Made by a program: the position numbers and the translations under genes. Positions 11,519 through 23,929 of a DNA stretch of 64,000 nt are shown in pieces (the first letter of the stretch is position 1; every line of letters begins with the position of its first letter). The notes below the pieces were generated by a model, which was not told the origin of the DNA, ran no database searches, and saw nothing but the letters and a program-made list of their open reading frames with translations. The DNA comes from Torpedo marmorata (Eukaryota): the NCBI GenBank assembly GCA_977017645.1, contig OZ360221.1:94302001-94366000 (forward strand). The letters run 5' to 3'.

Positions 11519-14046
11519 ACCTGTGCCAAGAGACAGTGAGGTGGAAGTTAAATGCGTGGCTGAGAGATTGGAGCAGGGGTCAGGGGTTCAGATTTCTGGA
11601 CCATTGGGACATCTTTTGGGGCAGGTGGGACCTGTACAAAAAGGACGGGTTGAACTTGAATCCCAGGGGGACCAATATCCTGGCGGGGAGGTTTGCTAAG
11701 ACTACTGGGGAGAGTTTAAACTAGAAAGGTTGGGGGGTTGGAACCAGATTGTTGAGGAAGAGAGTGGACCTCAAATAGTGGAAGATGGGGGACGATGTGT
11801 GAGGAAGGATAGGCAGGTGATAGAGAAAGGACGCGCTCAGACAGGCGGTTTGAGATGTGTCTATTTTAATGCCAGGAGCATTGTGAACAAAGCGGATGAA
11901 CTCAGATCGTGGATTAATACTTGGGACTATGATGTGGTGGCCATTACAGAGACTTGGATGGTTGAAGGACAGGATTGGGTGCTTCAAGTGCCAGGTTTTA
12001 GATGTTTTAGAAAGGACAGGAAGGGAGGTAAAAGAGGAGGGGGCGTGGCTTTGTTGATCAGGGATAATGTCACGGCTGCAGAAATGGTGGATGGCATAGA
12101 GGGTTTGACTACAGAACATATATGGGTGGAGCTTATGAATAGGAAGGGGTCAAAAACTTTATTAGGTGTTTTTTATCGGCCACCCAATGCGGAAAGGGAA
12201 ATTGAGGAGCACATAGGGAAACAGATTTTGGAAATGTCAAATAACAACAGAGTTGTCGTGATGTGGGATTTTAATTTCCCAAATATTGATTGGATTATCC
12301 CTAGAGTAAGGGGTTTAGATGGGGTGGAGTTTGTCAGATGTGTTCAGGAAAGTTTCTTGACACAATATGTGGATATGCCTTCAAGAGGAGAGTCTGTACT
12401 TGATTTGGTATTGGGAAATGCGCCTGGTCAGTTCTCTCAGTGGGAGAGCATCTTGGAGATAATGATCATAATTCTATCTCCTTTACAATAGCTTTGGAGA
12501 GTGATAAGAATAGACAAGTTAGAATAATATTTAATTGGAGTAAGGAGAATTATGAGGCTATCAGGCAAGAAATTGAAAGATTAAATTGGGAACGGATGTT
12601 CTCGGGGAAAAGTACAGAGGAAATGTGGCAAACGTTCAGGGGATATTTATGTGAAGTTATGAATAATTATGTTCCAATGAGAAAGGAAAGTTATGGTAGG
12701 GTACAGGAACCATGGTATACAAAGGCTGTGAAAAGGCTAGTGAAGAAGAAAAGAAAGGCTTACAAAAGGTTAAGGGGGATAGGTAGTGTTAGAGAACGAG
12801 AAGAGTATAAGACTAGCAGGAGAGAGCTTATAAAGGAAATAAGGAGAGCAAGAAGGGGCCATGAGAAGGCCTTGGCGGGCAGAATTAAGGAAAACCCAAA
12901 GACATTCTACAAGTATGTGAAGAGTAAGAGGATTAGACGTGAGAAGATAGGACCTATTAAGTGTGACAGTGGGAAGGTGTGTATGGAACCGGAAGAAATA
13001 GTGGAGGTACTTAATGAATACTTTGCTTCAGTATTCACTATTGAAAAGGACCTCGGGGATTGTAGTAATGACGTACAGCAGACTGAAAAGATTGAGAATG
13101 TAGATATTAAGAGAAAGGATGTGTTGGAGCTTTTGGAAAGCATCAAGTTGGATAAGTCACTGGGACAGGATGAGATGTACCCTCGGCTGCTGTGGGAGGC
13201 AAGGGAAGAAATTACTGAACCTCTGGCGCTGATATTTGAATCATCATTGGGGAAGGGAGAGGTGCCAGAGGATTGGAGAGTTGCAAATGTTGTTCCTTTG
13301 TTTAAGAAGGGGAGTAAAGATAGCCCAGGAAATTATAGACCGGTAAGTCTTACTTCGGTGGTTGGAAAATTGATGGAGAGGATCTTGAGAGACAGGATTT
13401 ATGAGCATTTAGAGACTTATAATAGGATTAGGAATAGTCAATATGGCTTTGTTAAGGGCAGGTCGTGCCTTACGAACCTGATTGAATTTTTTGAAGATGT
13501 GACTAAACACATTGACGAAGGAGAAGCAGTGGATGTAGTGTATATGGATTTCAGCAAAGCATTTGATAAGGTACCACATGCAAGGCTAATTGAGAAGGTA
13601 AGGAGGCATGGGATCCATGGGGATGTTGCTTTGTGGATCCAGAACTGGCTTGACAACAGAAGGCAAAGAGTGGTAGTGGATGGGTCATATTCTTCATGGA
13701 GGTCGGTGACTAGTGGTGTTCCTCAGGGATCTGTCCTGGGACCTCTACTATTCGTGATTTTTATAGATGACTTGGATGAGGAAGTGGAGGGATGGGTTAG
13801 TAAATTTGCTGATGACACTAAAGTTGGGGGAGTTGTTGATAATATGGAGGGCTGTCAGAAGGTACAGAGGGATATTGATAGAATGCAAAACTGGGCTGAG
13901 AAGTGGCAGATGGAGTTTAACCCGGACAAGTGTGAAGTGGTTCATTTTGGTAGGTCAAATAGGATGGCAGAATATAGTATTAATGATAAGACTATTGGCA
14001 GCATGGAAGTTCAAAGGGATCTTGGGGTTCAAGTACATAGAACACT

Positions 14047-17000
14047 GGTGGATCTGATTGACAGGGAAGGATTATTATTATTTTATTATGGGGGATTCTA
14101 AGAGTATAAACTTAGTTAGTATTAATATAAATGGGCTTAACAATCCAATTAAAAGGAAAAGAACTTTGACATATATAAAGAAATTGAAGGTAGATATAGC
14201 CTTTTTACAAGAAACTCTTTTGACGGATGTTGAACATCAGAAATTGAAAAGAGATTGGGTAGGACATGTTGTAGCTTCATCATTTAATTCTAGAGCAAGG
14301 GGAGTTGCTATTTTAGTTAATAAAAAGTTGCCCTTCAGGATACAATCGACAGTGATAGATACGGCAGGTAGATATGTTTTGATTTATTGCCAAATTTATT
14401 CAGAATTTTGGACTCTTATGAATTTGTATGTGTCAAATCCAGATGATGAACAGTTTATTCAAGATGCTTTTTTACATTTATCAGATGCCAAAGATAATAT
14501 TTTAGTTGGTGGTGATTTTAATTGTTGTTTAAATGCAATAATGGATAAAACTTCCAAAACAGCTGTTAGACCAAAAATAGTGAAGAAGATAGTTAATTTG
14601 ATGGAGGATTTAAATTTGGTGGATATTTGGAGAAAATTAAAGCCTAGGGAGAAGGACTATTCATTCTACTCATTTAGACATAATTCTTTTTCAAGGATAG
14701 ATTTATTTTTATTGTCTTCACAACTTCAGGAAAGAATAACACAGATATCTTATAAAGCAAGAATAATTTCGGATCATTCACCTTTATTAATGACGTGTAT
14801 AATTCCAGAGAAAGAAAAAACTATTTATAACTGGAGATTTGATTCTTTATTATTGAAAAGGAAGGATTTTTGTGAATATATGAGACGAGAAATTCAGGAA
14901 TTTTTAAGAGTAAATAATAATTCGGTAGATGATAAATTTATGGTATGGGAAGCTTTGAAAGCTTATTTAAGAGGTTTAATAATAAGTTTTTCAGTAAAGA
15001 TAAAAAAAGATTATTTGAGAGAAGAAGAAAAATTAGAGAAGGAGATTGAAATTATGGAAAAAGATTCACAGAGAAACCGGTCTATTCTTAAGAGGAACCG
15101 TTTAGTAAGGAAGAAATTACATTATAATTTATTGCAAACGCGTAAGACTGAAAAATTGATAGTACGGACAAAACAAAGATATTATGAACTAGGGGAAAAG
15201 GCACACAAGGTGTTATCATGGCAATTGAAAAAAGAGCAAGTTTCTAAAACAATTAATGCTATAAGGAAGAGAAATACGGGGGTAATAACATATAAGCCAC
15301 AAGAAATAAATGAATCTTTTAAAGAATATTATCAGAATTTATATAGATCTGAGACAGATCAAGATGAAACGAAGATAAATAGATTTTTATCTAAAATTAC
15401 TTTACCTAAATTGACTGTTCAAAGTAAATATTCTTTGGATTTACCTTTTACGATGAGAGAAGTTACTGAAGCAATATCGACGTTGAGAAGTGGTAAATCT
15501 CCAGGTGATGATGGATTTCCAGTAGAATTTTATAAAGAATTTAAAGATTTATTGATACCTTTGTATATGGAGGTATTGAATCAAGTTAAGGAAACTCATT
15601 TGTTACCGAAGACATTTTTAAATGCTATTATTACGGTTATACCAAAGAAAGATAGAGATGTATTAAAAACAGAATCTTATAGGCCTATTTCATTGCTAAA
15701 TGTAGATTATAAGATAATGGCGAAAATTTTAGCAAATAGATTAGCTAAATGTTTACCACATTTAATACATTCGGATCAAGCCGGATTTATTAAAAATAGA
15801 TATTCGAAAGATAATATAGCTAGATTGTTAAGCTTAATTAATGTATATAAGAAGAAACAAGATCTACCACTGGTAGTAACACTGGATGCAGAAAAGGCAT
15901 TTGATAGAGTAGAGTGGAATTTTTTATTTAAGGTTTTGGAAAAATTTGGATTTGGAGATAATTTTATAAATTGGATTAAACCTATATATAAGGAACCTAC
16001 GGCTAAAGTAGTTACAAATGGACAGATATCGCAAAAGTTTTTGTTATCAAGATCAACACGACAGGGATGTCCTTTATCACCTGCTTTGTTTGTGTTGGTA
16101 ATAGAACCTTTAGCAGAAATGATTAGAGAAGATATAAATATAATGGGAATAAAGGTTGGTAGGGAAGAGCACAAGATTAGTTTGTTTGCAGATGATGTAT
16201 TAATATATATGACAAAATCTGTTACATCACTTCAACAATTGGCTATTATATTGACAGAATATGGTGAGATATCAGGATATAAGATTATCTCAGATAAAAG
16301 TGAGATTTTGGCTTTATCACAAGGGGATTATACTAGATGTAAAGAAGTTACAGACTTTAAGTGGACTACAGAGAGTATTAAATATTTGGGAGTTAAAGTA
16401 GACACAAATTTGGAAAATTTGTATAAATTAAATTATACACCTTTATTTATTAAAATAAAAAAAGATTTAGAGCTTTGGAAAGACTTACCTATAACGTTGA
16501 TGGGAAGAGTAAATTGTATTAAAATGAATGTTTTTCCAAGAATTCAATATCTTTTTCAATCGATTCCTTATGGTATTCCAAATAAATTTTTTAAAGATTT
16601 AAAATTTATTGTTAGGAAATTTCTATGGAAAGGAAAGTTAGCAAGAGTAAGTATAGATAAATTAACATGGAATTATGAAATGGGAGGATTACAACTTCCT
16701 AATTTTCAACATTATTATAAAGTAGCTCAGTTAAAATTTATTAATGAATTTTTTGATTTGGATAAAACTTCTGCTTGGATTAATATAGAATTGAATAATA
16801 TGGGAGAAATACATAAAGAAGATATTATTTATAAATGGAACCCGAAATTAATATTACTTAAAAAGAAAAAAACACCAATTATTAAACATTTGTTGGAAAT
16901 TTGGTCGCAAGTAGATAAGGAGATAGGTCAAAAAGGATTAATTTCTTTAAATACACCAATATATCAGAATCCACTTTTACCATTTTCTATGGATAATCAA

Positions 17001-18176
17001 TTACTTAAGTTATGGTTTTTAAAGGGAGTTAAGACATTAAAAGATTGTTTTGAAGCAGGTAAATTTGTTACCTTTCAGAGGTTAAAGGAAAAATTTAATA
17101 TATTAGATAATACAATGTTAGTTTATTTTCAAGTTAGAGCTTTTTTGATTGAAAGACTAGGGAATGAATTAACAGTATTAAGACAAAGTGAATTGGAGTT
17201 ATTAATTACCAAAGTTAATGTTAATAAATTTATATCACAAATGTATAAGTTGTTTCAAAGAAAGATGTCTAAGGTAGGAGTGCATAAGTCTAGACTGAAA
17301 TGGGAGTTTGATTTGAATGTTAATATAGATGAAAAACATTGGAAAGATTTATGTAAACTAAGTATGACAAAAGTTATCAATGTGAGATATAGATTAGTAC
17401 AATATAATTTTTTTCATCAATTGTATTTGACACCTAGAAAATTGAAGAAATTTAACCCAGCGTTATCAGATACGTGTTTCAGATGTAAAACTGAAATAGG
17501 ATCTTTTGTACATTGTACATGGTCATGTTCAAAGATTCAAGATTTTTGGTTGAAAGTTAAGAATTTTTTAGAAAGAATTTTTAATGTTGAAATTGCAATG
17601 GATCCTATGTTATTTTTATTTGGAGACATTAAAAAATTTAGTATTAGACATAAATTGAATATGTATCAAGTAGAATTTTTACGTATAATATTAGCAATTT
17701 CAAAAAAATGTATAGCTATTACTTGGAAATCGGATGTTGATTTAAATTTAGAACGATGGCATGCAGAGTTACGGTCATGTATACCATTGGAAAAAATTAC
17801 CTATAATTTACGAAATAAATATCATTCTTTTTTAAAAATTTGGGGCCCATATACGAGGATTATGGGTTTAACATTGTGAATTCTCTGGATATTAGACCTA
17901 CCGGCGAAACAACCTCTAAGATATATTAGTGTTTTTTTTTTAAGCTTATTGACTCCTCGCTCTATCTTTCTATCTCTACTTTCTCTTTTATCTTTACTAT
18001 TATTATTTTATATAAATTTTAATTAGATTAGGGGGGTATAGGGGTTAGGGAGGGGAGAGTGGGATGAGGGGGGGAGAAAATGTAATCACATGTATTTTTT
18101 AAGAATTATATGCAAGTTATTTTATGTAATGTGTGATTTAAAATTTAAATAAAATATTAAAAAAAAAAAAAAAAAT
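14047..18176 (+). mobile_element. 5'-truncated L1-clade LINE with complete ORF2, 3' UTR and poly(A)
   Basis: 14-bp TSD GTACATAGAACACT (14033-14046, 18177-18190); poly(A) 18159-18175; G-rich 3' UTR. Confidence 0.97.
14088..17879 (+). CDS. L1 ORF2p (APE endonuclease, reverse transcriptase, C-terminal CCHC), 1263 aa, uninterrupted
   Basis: NINGLN, LQET, GDFN, RID, SDH; YRPISLLN, DAEKAFD, RQGCPLSP, FADD, KYLG; CFRC-x8-HCTWSC. Confidence 0.95.
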   Translation: MGDSKSINLVSININGLNNPIKRKRTLTYIKKLKVDIAFLQETLLTDVEHQKLKRDWVGHVVASSFNSRARGVAILVNKKLPFRIQSTVIDTAGRYVLIYCQIYSEFWTLMNLYVSNPDDEQFIQDAFLHLSDAKDNILVGGDFNCCLNAIMDKTSKTAVRPKIVKKIVNLMEDLNLVDIWRKLKPREKDYSFYSFRHNSFSRIDLFLLSSQLQERITQISYKARIISDHSPLLMTCIIPEKEKTIYNWRFDSLLLKRKDFCEYMRREIQEFLRVNNNSVDDKFMVWEALKAYLRGLIISFSVKIKKDYLREEEKLEKEIEIMEKDSQRNRSILKRNRLVRKKLHYNLLQTRKTEKLIVRTKQRYYELGEKAHKVLSWQLKKEQVSKTINAIRKRNTGVITYKPQEINESFKEYYQNLYRSETDQDETKINRFLSKITLPKLTVQSKYSLDLPFTMREVTEAISTLRSGKSPGDDGFPVEFYKEFKDLLIPLYMEVLNQVKETHLLPKTFLNAIITVIPKKDRDVLKTESYRPISLLNVDYKIMAKILANRLAKCLPHLIHSDQAGFIKNRYSKDNIARLLSLINVYKKKQDLPLVVTLDAEKAFDRVEWNFLFKVLEKFGFGDNFINWIKPIYKEPTAKVVTNGQISQKFLLSRSTRQGCPLSPALFVLVIEPLAEMIREDINIMGIKVGREEHKISLFADDVLIYMTKSVTSLQQLAIILTEYGEISGYKIISDKSEILALSQGDYTRCKEVTDFKWTTESIKYLGVKVDTNLENLYKLNYTPLFIKIKKDLELWKDLPITLMGRVNCIKMNVFPRIQYLFQSIPYGIPNKFFKDLKFIVRKFLWKGKLARVSIDKLTWNYEMGGLQLPNFQHYYKVAQLKFINEFFDLDKTSAWINIELNNMGEIHKEDIIYKWNPKLILLKKKKTPIIKHLLEIWSQVDKEIGQKGLISLNTPIYQNPLLPFSMDNQLLKLWFLKGVKTLKDCFEAGKFVTFQRLKEKFNILDNTMLVYFQVRAFLIERLGNELTVLRQSELELLITKVNVNKFISQMYKLFQRKMSKVGVHKSRLKWEFDLNVNIDEKHWKDLCKLSMTKVINVRYRLVQYNFFHQLYLTPRKLKKFNPALSDTCFRCKTEIGSFVHCTWSCSKIQDFWLKVKNFLERIFNVEIAMDPMLFLFGDIKKFSIRHKLNMYQVEFLRIILAISKKCIAITWKSDVDLNLERWHAELRSCIPLEKITYNLRNKYHSFLKIWGPYTRIMGLTL

Positions 18177-18902
18177 GTACATAGAACACTCAAACCAACT
18201 GCACAGGTTGAGTCAGTGGTTAAGAAGGCATTCGGCGTATTGGCCTTTATAAATCGAGGAATTAAATTTAGGAGTCGAGAGGTAATGTTGCAACTGTATA
18301 GGACGTTGGTCAGACCTATATTGGAGTATTGTGTGCAGTTCTGGTCGCCTCACTACAGGAAGGATGTGGAGGCATTAGAAAGGGTGCAGAGGAGATTTAC
18401 TAGGATGTTGCCTGGTTTAGGGAGCATGCCCTATGAAAACAGGTTGAGGGAACTAGGCCTTTTCTCCTTGGAACGAAGGAGGATGAGAGGGGACATGATT
18501 GAGGTGTTCAAGATGATAAGGGGCTTTGATCGTGTAGACAGTCAGAGACTTTTTCCAAGGGCCGAAATGGTTGCTACAAGGGAACACAGGTTTAAGGTGT
18601 TGGGAAGAAGGTATAGAGGAAATGTCAGAGGTACGTTTTTTTACGCAGAGAGTGGTGGGTGCGTGGAATGAGTTGCCGGAAACGGTGGTGGAGGCGGATT
18701 CTATAGGGACTTTTAAGAGACATTTGGATAGGTACATGGAGCTCAGAAATATAGAGGGATATAAGTAAGTCTATCAATTCTTAGAGTAGTGACATGTTCG
18801 GCACAACTTTTTGGGCCGAAGGGCCTGTATTGTGCTGTTGGTTTTCTATGATGATATGATAAATCAAGCAATATGAGAATAGGGTTGCAAAATGGTGCCA
18901 CT

Positions 18903-21900
18903 TGTGGCGGGTCGAGCCACTTGGATCTAAAACCGTCATTCGTCGGGGTCGGGCACTCGCGAGAGCTCAAGCACTCGCGGGAGCTAGAGCACTGGCTCTT
19001 ATCAGAGAGCAGCTGAATCGACGCACGGGACCACAGTGCGTTTCTTCTTGACTTTTGGGGCCGGCAAGTTAAAGCATTCCTTGTCTGTTCGCGGTTTTGT
19101 TGAGCTGTTATGTCAACCATTAAACTCAGTGTTTAAACAAAACGCAAACGACTTCATTGGTGACCCCAACGATCCAAAATGGCCTCTTTTAGATTTCATA
19201 ATGCTTGGAGGAGAGAACCCAGATCAACAGAACGCAGTTTTGCTCAAACTACCCACCTTCTGGACATCACAACCGCAAGTGTGGTTTGAACAGGCCGAAG
19301 CCCAATTCCACCTCTGCCAGATAACTGCCGAAGTCACAAGGTACTACTACGTGGTCAGTGCGCTGGACCAAGAAACCGCCGGGCGCATTATCGATTACCT
19401 TCGCCAACCACCAGCCGACAACAAATACGAAGGGATCAAGACCCTCCTCAAACACACATTCGGTCTCACCCGCCGTGACAGGATGGCCTAGGTGACCGCA
19501 AACCGTCCATGCTAATGAACGAAATGCTCGGCCTGACGGATGGACACAAGCCCTGCCTCCTTTTCGAACAGGTTTTCCTCAAGCAAATGCCTGAGGACAT
19601 CCGCCTGCTCCTTGTGGATGACGATTTCACCGACCACTAACGGCTGGCAGCCTGTGTGGACGTGCTGTGGCAGGCCAAACAGCAGGGGGAAGCAACCATT
19701 AACCGAGTGGCGGCTGTGCCTCAGAGGGTAATACGAACGGTCCCAGCCTCTACGGAAGGAGCAACAGTGACGTCGGCCTCGAATGGCGCCAAGGACAAGT
19801 GGTGCTACTACCATCAAAGGTGGGGCTCCACGGCTCGCCGATGTCATCCACCCTGCACACATCCGGGAAACGCCTCGGCCGGCCGTCGATAGTGGCATCT
19901 GCGGCCGGCAAAAAAGACAGACTCCTCTAAACCTGGGATCGTCATTCGTGGCAGCGTTTTCTCGTTGACACGGGAGCGGAGGTCAGTGTCTTGCCCCCCT
20001 CGGGCACCGACACTCGTTCCGGAAAGAAGGGTACTCCCCTGACCGCCGTCAACTTTAACTCGTGTCGCTTCAAGTGGACCTTTACCATCACCGACGTCTC
20101 AGAACCGCTGCTGGGTGCCGACTTCCTCGGTGCGCACTCCCTGCTGGTCGACGTGAAAGGACAACGTCTCGCTAATTCCAAGATGTTTGAGTCAATCGCC
20201 TTGCGCCACGCCGAATTGACTGCGCCCCACCTTGGCTCGGTGATCTTCTCCGACAACGAGTATGCCAGAATCTTGGCCGATTTTCCAGACATCATAACTC
20301 CCCAGTTCACAGCGGCCAGCCCCAAACATGGGGTGCAACACCATATCCTCACTACCGGGCCGCCACTCCATGCACGCGCACGTAGGCTGCCCCCTGACAA
20401 GCTCCAACTGGCCAAAGACGAGTTCCGCAAGATGGAGAAAATGGGCATAGTGCGCCGCTCAGACAGCCCATGGGCATCCCCGCTTCACATGGTCCCTAAA
20501 GCATCTGGGGGCTGGAGACCCTGTGGGGACTACCGGCATCTTAATGAGGTCACAACACATGACTGGTACGCTGTCCCTCACATCCAGGACTTCACGGCAA
20601 ACTTGAATGGTGCCAAGATATTTTCCAAAATCGACCTGGTACGCGGTTATGATCAGATTCCAGTCAACCCAGACGACATCCCCAAGATGGCTCTCATCAC
20701 CCCGTTCGGGCTCTTCGAGTTTCTGCGCATACCTTTCGGTCTCAAGAATGCTGCCCAAGCTTTCCAGCGGCTCATGGACACGGTGGGCCGTGGGCTTGAC
20801 TTTGTATTCATCTACCTCGACGATATCCTAATCGCCAGCCGCTCTCGCCAGGAACACCGCGCACACCTCCGGCAGCTCTGCCAGAGGCTCGACGAGCATG
20901 GCCTGCGATCAACCTTGCCAAGTGTCAGTTTGGTCTCACTTCCATCAACTTCCTCGGCCACCACATCAACCAGCACGGAGTGGTCTCGCTCCCGACCAAA
21001 GTCGAGGCTATTTGCGAGTTTTCCAAACCCTTTACTGTGAAAGGACTCCGAGTTTGTCGGTATGGTCAATTTTTACCACCGTTTCGTGCCAGCCAGCATC
21101 CAGGATAATGCAACCGCTGTTCAAGGCCCTGGCCAACAAGCCGAAAGAACTTGTTTGGGACGACACGGCCACGGCTGACAACGCCAGGAAAGCGCTGGAA
21201 AAGGCAACAATGCTGGTACATCGACAAGCCAACACACCAACAGCTCTCACGGTTGACGCATCAGGCACAGCCGTGGGCGGAGTGTTGGAGCAACTGATCA
21301 ATGGTAGCTGGCAGCCCCTCGCCTTTTTCAGTCGCCACCTGAGACTGCCCGAGCAGAGATACAGCTCTTTTGACCGGGAGCTCCTCGCTCTCTACCTCGC
21401 CATCCGACATTTCTGCTACTTCCTCGAGGGCAGGAATTTCACAGCTTTCACGGACCACAAACCACTCACGTTTGCCTTTGCCAAAGTGTCTGATCTTTGG
21501 TCAGCCCGACAGCAGCGCCACCTGACCTACATATCGGAATACACGACTTGCGTCCATGCACATCTCAGTCAAGAGCAACCAGGTCACAGATGCGTTGTCC
21601 CGCTTGGCCATCAATGCCATCCACGCTCTGGCCACAGGTGTCGACGACACGACCGTGGTAGCCGCTCAACAAAATGATGAAGAGATGCTCACCTACCGCA
21701 CTGCCATCTCAGGCCTAAAGTTGGAGGATATGAGATTCGGGCCCGCTGACACCACACTCCTCTGCGACGTGTCTACGGGACAGCCAAGAGCCATCATCCC
21801 CGCTGCCTGGCGCCGCCGTATTTTCGACATGGTTCACGGCCTAGCTCATCCTTCCATCCGGGCAACGAAGAAACTTATGGCAGCCAAGTTCATGTGGCAT

Positions 21901-23210
21901 GGGTTGCGCAAACAGGTTGGCAACTGGGCCAGAGCGTGCATCCCCTGTCAAACTTCCAAGATTCAGAGATACATCAAGGCGCCGCTGCAGACGTTCACCC
22001 TGACACACCGGCGTTTCGACCACATCCACATCGACATCGTTGGACTGCTGCCCCCATGCAGAGGTGTCACCCACCTCTTCACTATCATTGACAGATTCAC
22101 AAGGTGGCCGGAGGTCGTCCCGCTCTCGGATACCTCCACTGCAACCTGTGCACGTACCCTCATTGCCCACTGGCGTGCCAGCGGACATCTCCTCTGGCAG
22201 AGGTGCGCAGTTCACCTCCGAGCTGTGGTCAGCAATGGCGCGGCTGCTTGGCACTAAGCTGCACCACACAATGGCCTACCACCCGCAATCAAATGGCATA
22301 GTGGAACGTTTTCACCAGCACATGAAGGCATCCCTCAAAGCACGGCTCACGGGCCCAAACTGGATGGACGAATTGCCGTGGGTTATGCTAGGTATACGCA
22401 CTGCCCCCAAGGAGGACCTGGCAACTTCCTCGGCCGAGCGGGTGTACGGTGCCCCGCTTACGGTCCCAGGGGACTTCATCCCGGCGGCACGTGCACATCA
22501 AGAAACGCCCGCGACCATGCTAATGCGCCTCCGTGAAAAGGTGGGCACGCTTTCTCCAGTCCCAACGTCCCGACACGGTCTCACAGCCTCGTACTTCTCA
22601 CCCGACCTCTAGGACTGCTAGTACGTTTTCCTTCGCCGAGATTCTCACTGTACACCTCTGCAAAAGCCTTACGAGGGACCCTTCAAAGTACTGCAAAACG
22701 ATGCCACGGCTTTCATCATTGACATGGGTGGTAGACACGAGATGGTCTCCGTGGACCGTCTTAAGCCGGCACACTTGGACATTGACCAACCAGTGCAGGT
22801 GGCACAACCCCACCGCAGAGGACGTCCACCCTCACGACCAAACCCGCCCTCAACTCAACCAGCTGCAACCTTGAACACGGGAGACACGTACACAAAATCA
22901 GGCCGCCTCACTCGACAGCCTAGCCATCTCCAATACTCCGGTTCTGGGGGGGGTCATGTGGCGGGTCGAGCCACTTGGATCTCAAACCGTCATTCAGCGG
23001 GGTCGGGCACTCGCGAGAGCTCGAGCAATCGCGGGAGCTAGAGCACTGGCTCTTATCAGAGAGCAGCTGACTCGACGCACGGGACCACAGTGCATTTCTT
23101 CTTGACTTTTGCGGCCGGCAAGTTAAAGCATCCCTTGTCCGTTCGCGGTTTTGTTGAGCTATTATGTCAACCGTTAAACTCAGTGTTTAAACAAAATGTG
23201 AACGACTTCA
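18903..23210 (+). mobile_element. Near full-length Ty3/Gypsy LTR retrotransposon (gag-PR-RT-RH-IN), decayed
   Basis: 254-bp LTRs 18903-19156 and 22957-23210 (about 15 mismatches by eye); TSD CCACT/CCACA; PBS TGGTGACCCC (tRNA-Trp type) at 19158; PPT near 22945-22953; motifs LVDTGA, YLDD, VDAS, HHCC, GIVER, PYEGPF. Confidence 0.97.
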
Positions 23211-23659
23211 CCACACTCTTGTAGAGAAGTCTTGAAGGATGACTGATCCAGTACCACTCCTTGTTCTTGTTCCTATGTGATCAATGATTATTAATGCTAA
23301 ACAACCTCCCCAGTCCTCTAAAATATATAAACATGCTTTCTCATTTCCTCAGGAAAAATCTTTTTTTTTCAACCTTTGTATTACTCTATTATTAATTGAA
23401 CTTATTTTTTTACCCAATTTTTAATTAATCTTCCTAACCAGTCAAATTTATTTTCTATTTACTACTTTAGGCATCTCAGTCTGAACTCTGCATGGCACTG
23501 TAAGTATTAATGTTGAAGAGCCTTTCTGTTGGCTGACCTGTTCACAGCTCCAGGTGGAGGCTGTCATACCAAGATATTAACCTGATAACAGTAAGGAGAA
23601 CGTCATCTTCAATGTTTCCTCCTTTTGTTCTCTCCTCACTCCTTTCTGTAACATACACA

Positions 23660-23800
23660 TTGCTTTCCTAGTTCTGATAAAAGGACATCAACCTGAATCA
23701 TTAACTAATTATGCTTTCTCATCTGTTGAGTAATTCCAGCATTTTGTGTTTGTATTTCCAATTTCCAGTAGTTGCAGTATTTTGCTTTTGAATTCCAGTC
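23660..23800 (+). mobile_element. Old Penelope pLTR fragment
   Basis: CTGATAAAAGG..CCTGAA.., CTGTTGAGTAATTCCAGCATTTTGTGTT. Confidence 0.5.
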
Positions 23801-23929
23801 CTCCCAGTAACTTGATCTACAATTTTTACTCATTCAACTGCATCATCTCATTTGCCATAATTGGCTTTCCCATTTGGCCATTACAACAAATTGCCTGTCT
23901 TATATGTTGATGTTGTAACTGTCAGCAGC

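Larger units (their letters stand above)
11520..18860 (+). mobile_element. Long CR1 LINE (ORF1 SGNH-esterase C-terminus, ORF2 APE endonuclease and RT) split by an L1 at 14047-18176
   Basis: LYKKDGLNLNPRG esterase motif; APE motifs NARS, ITETW, DFN, DH; RT motifs PQGSVLGP and FADD; one frameshift near 12430; frame resumes at 18191 (VKKAFGVLAF). Confidence 0.95.

Noticed and set aside
12440-17879. Apparent two-RT tandem system (553-aa and 1273-aa overlapping ORFs)
   Set aside because: Produced by an L1 inserting into a CR1 (TSD visible; CR1 resumes at 18191). The L1 start is the ATG at 14088, not 14058
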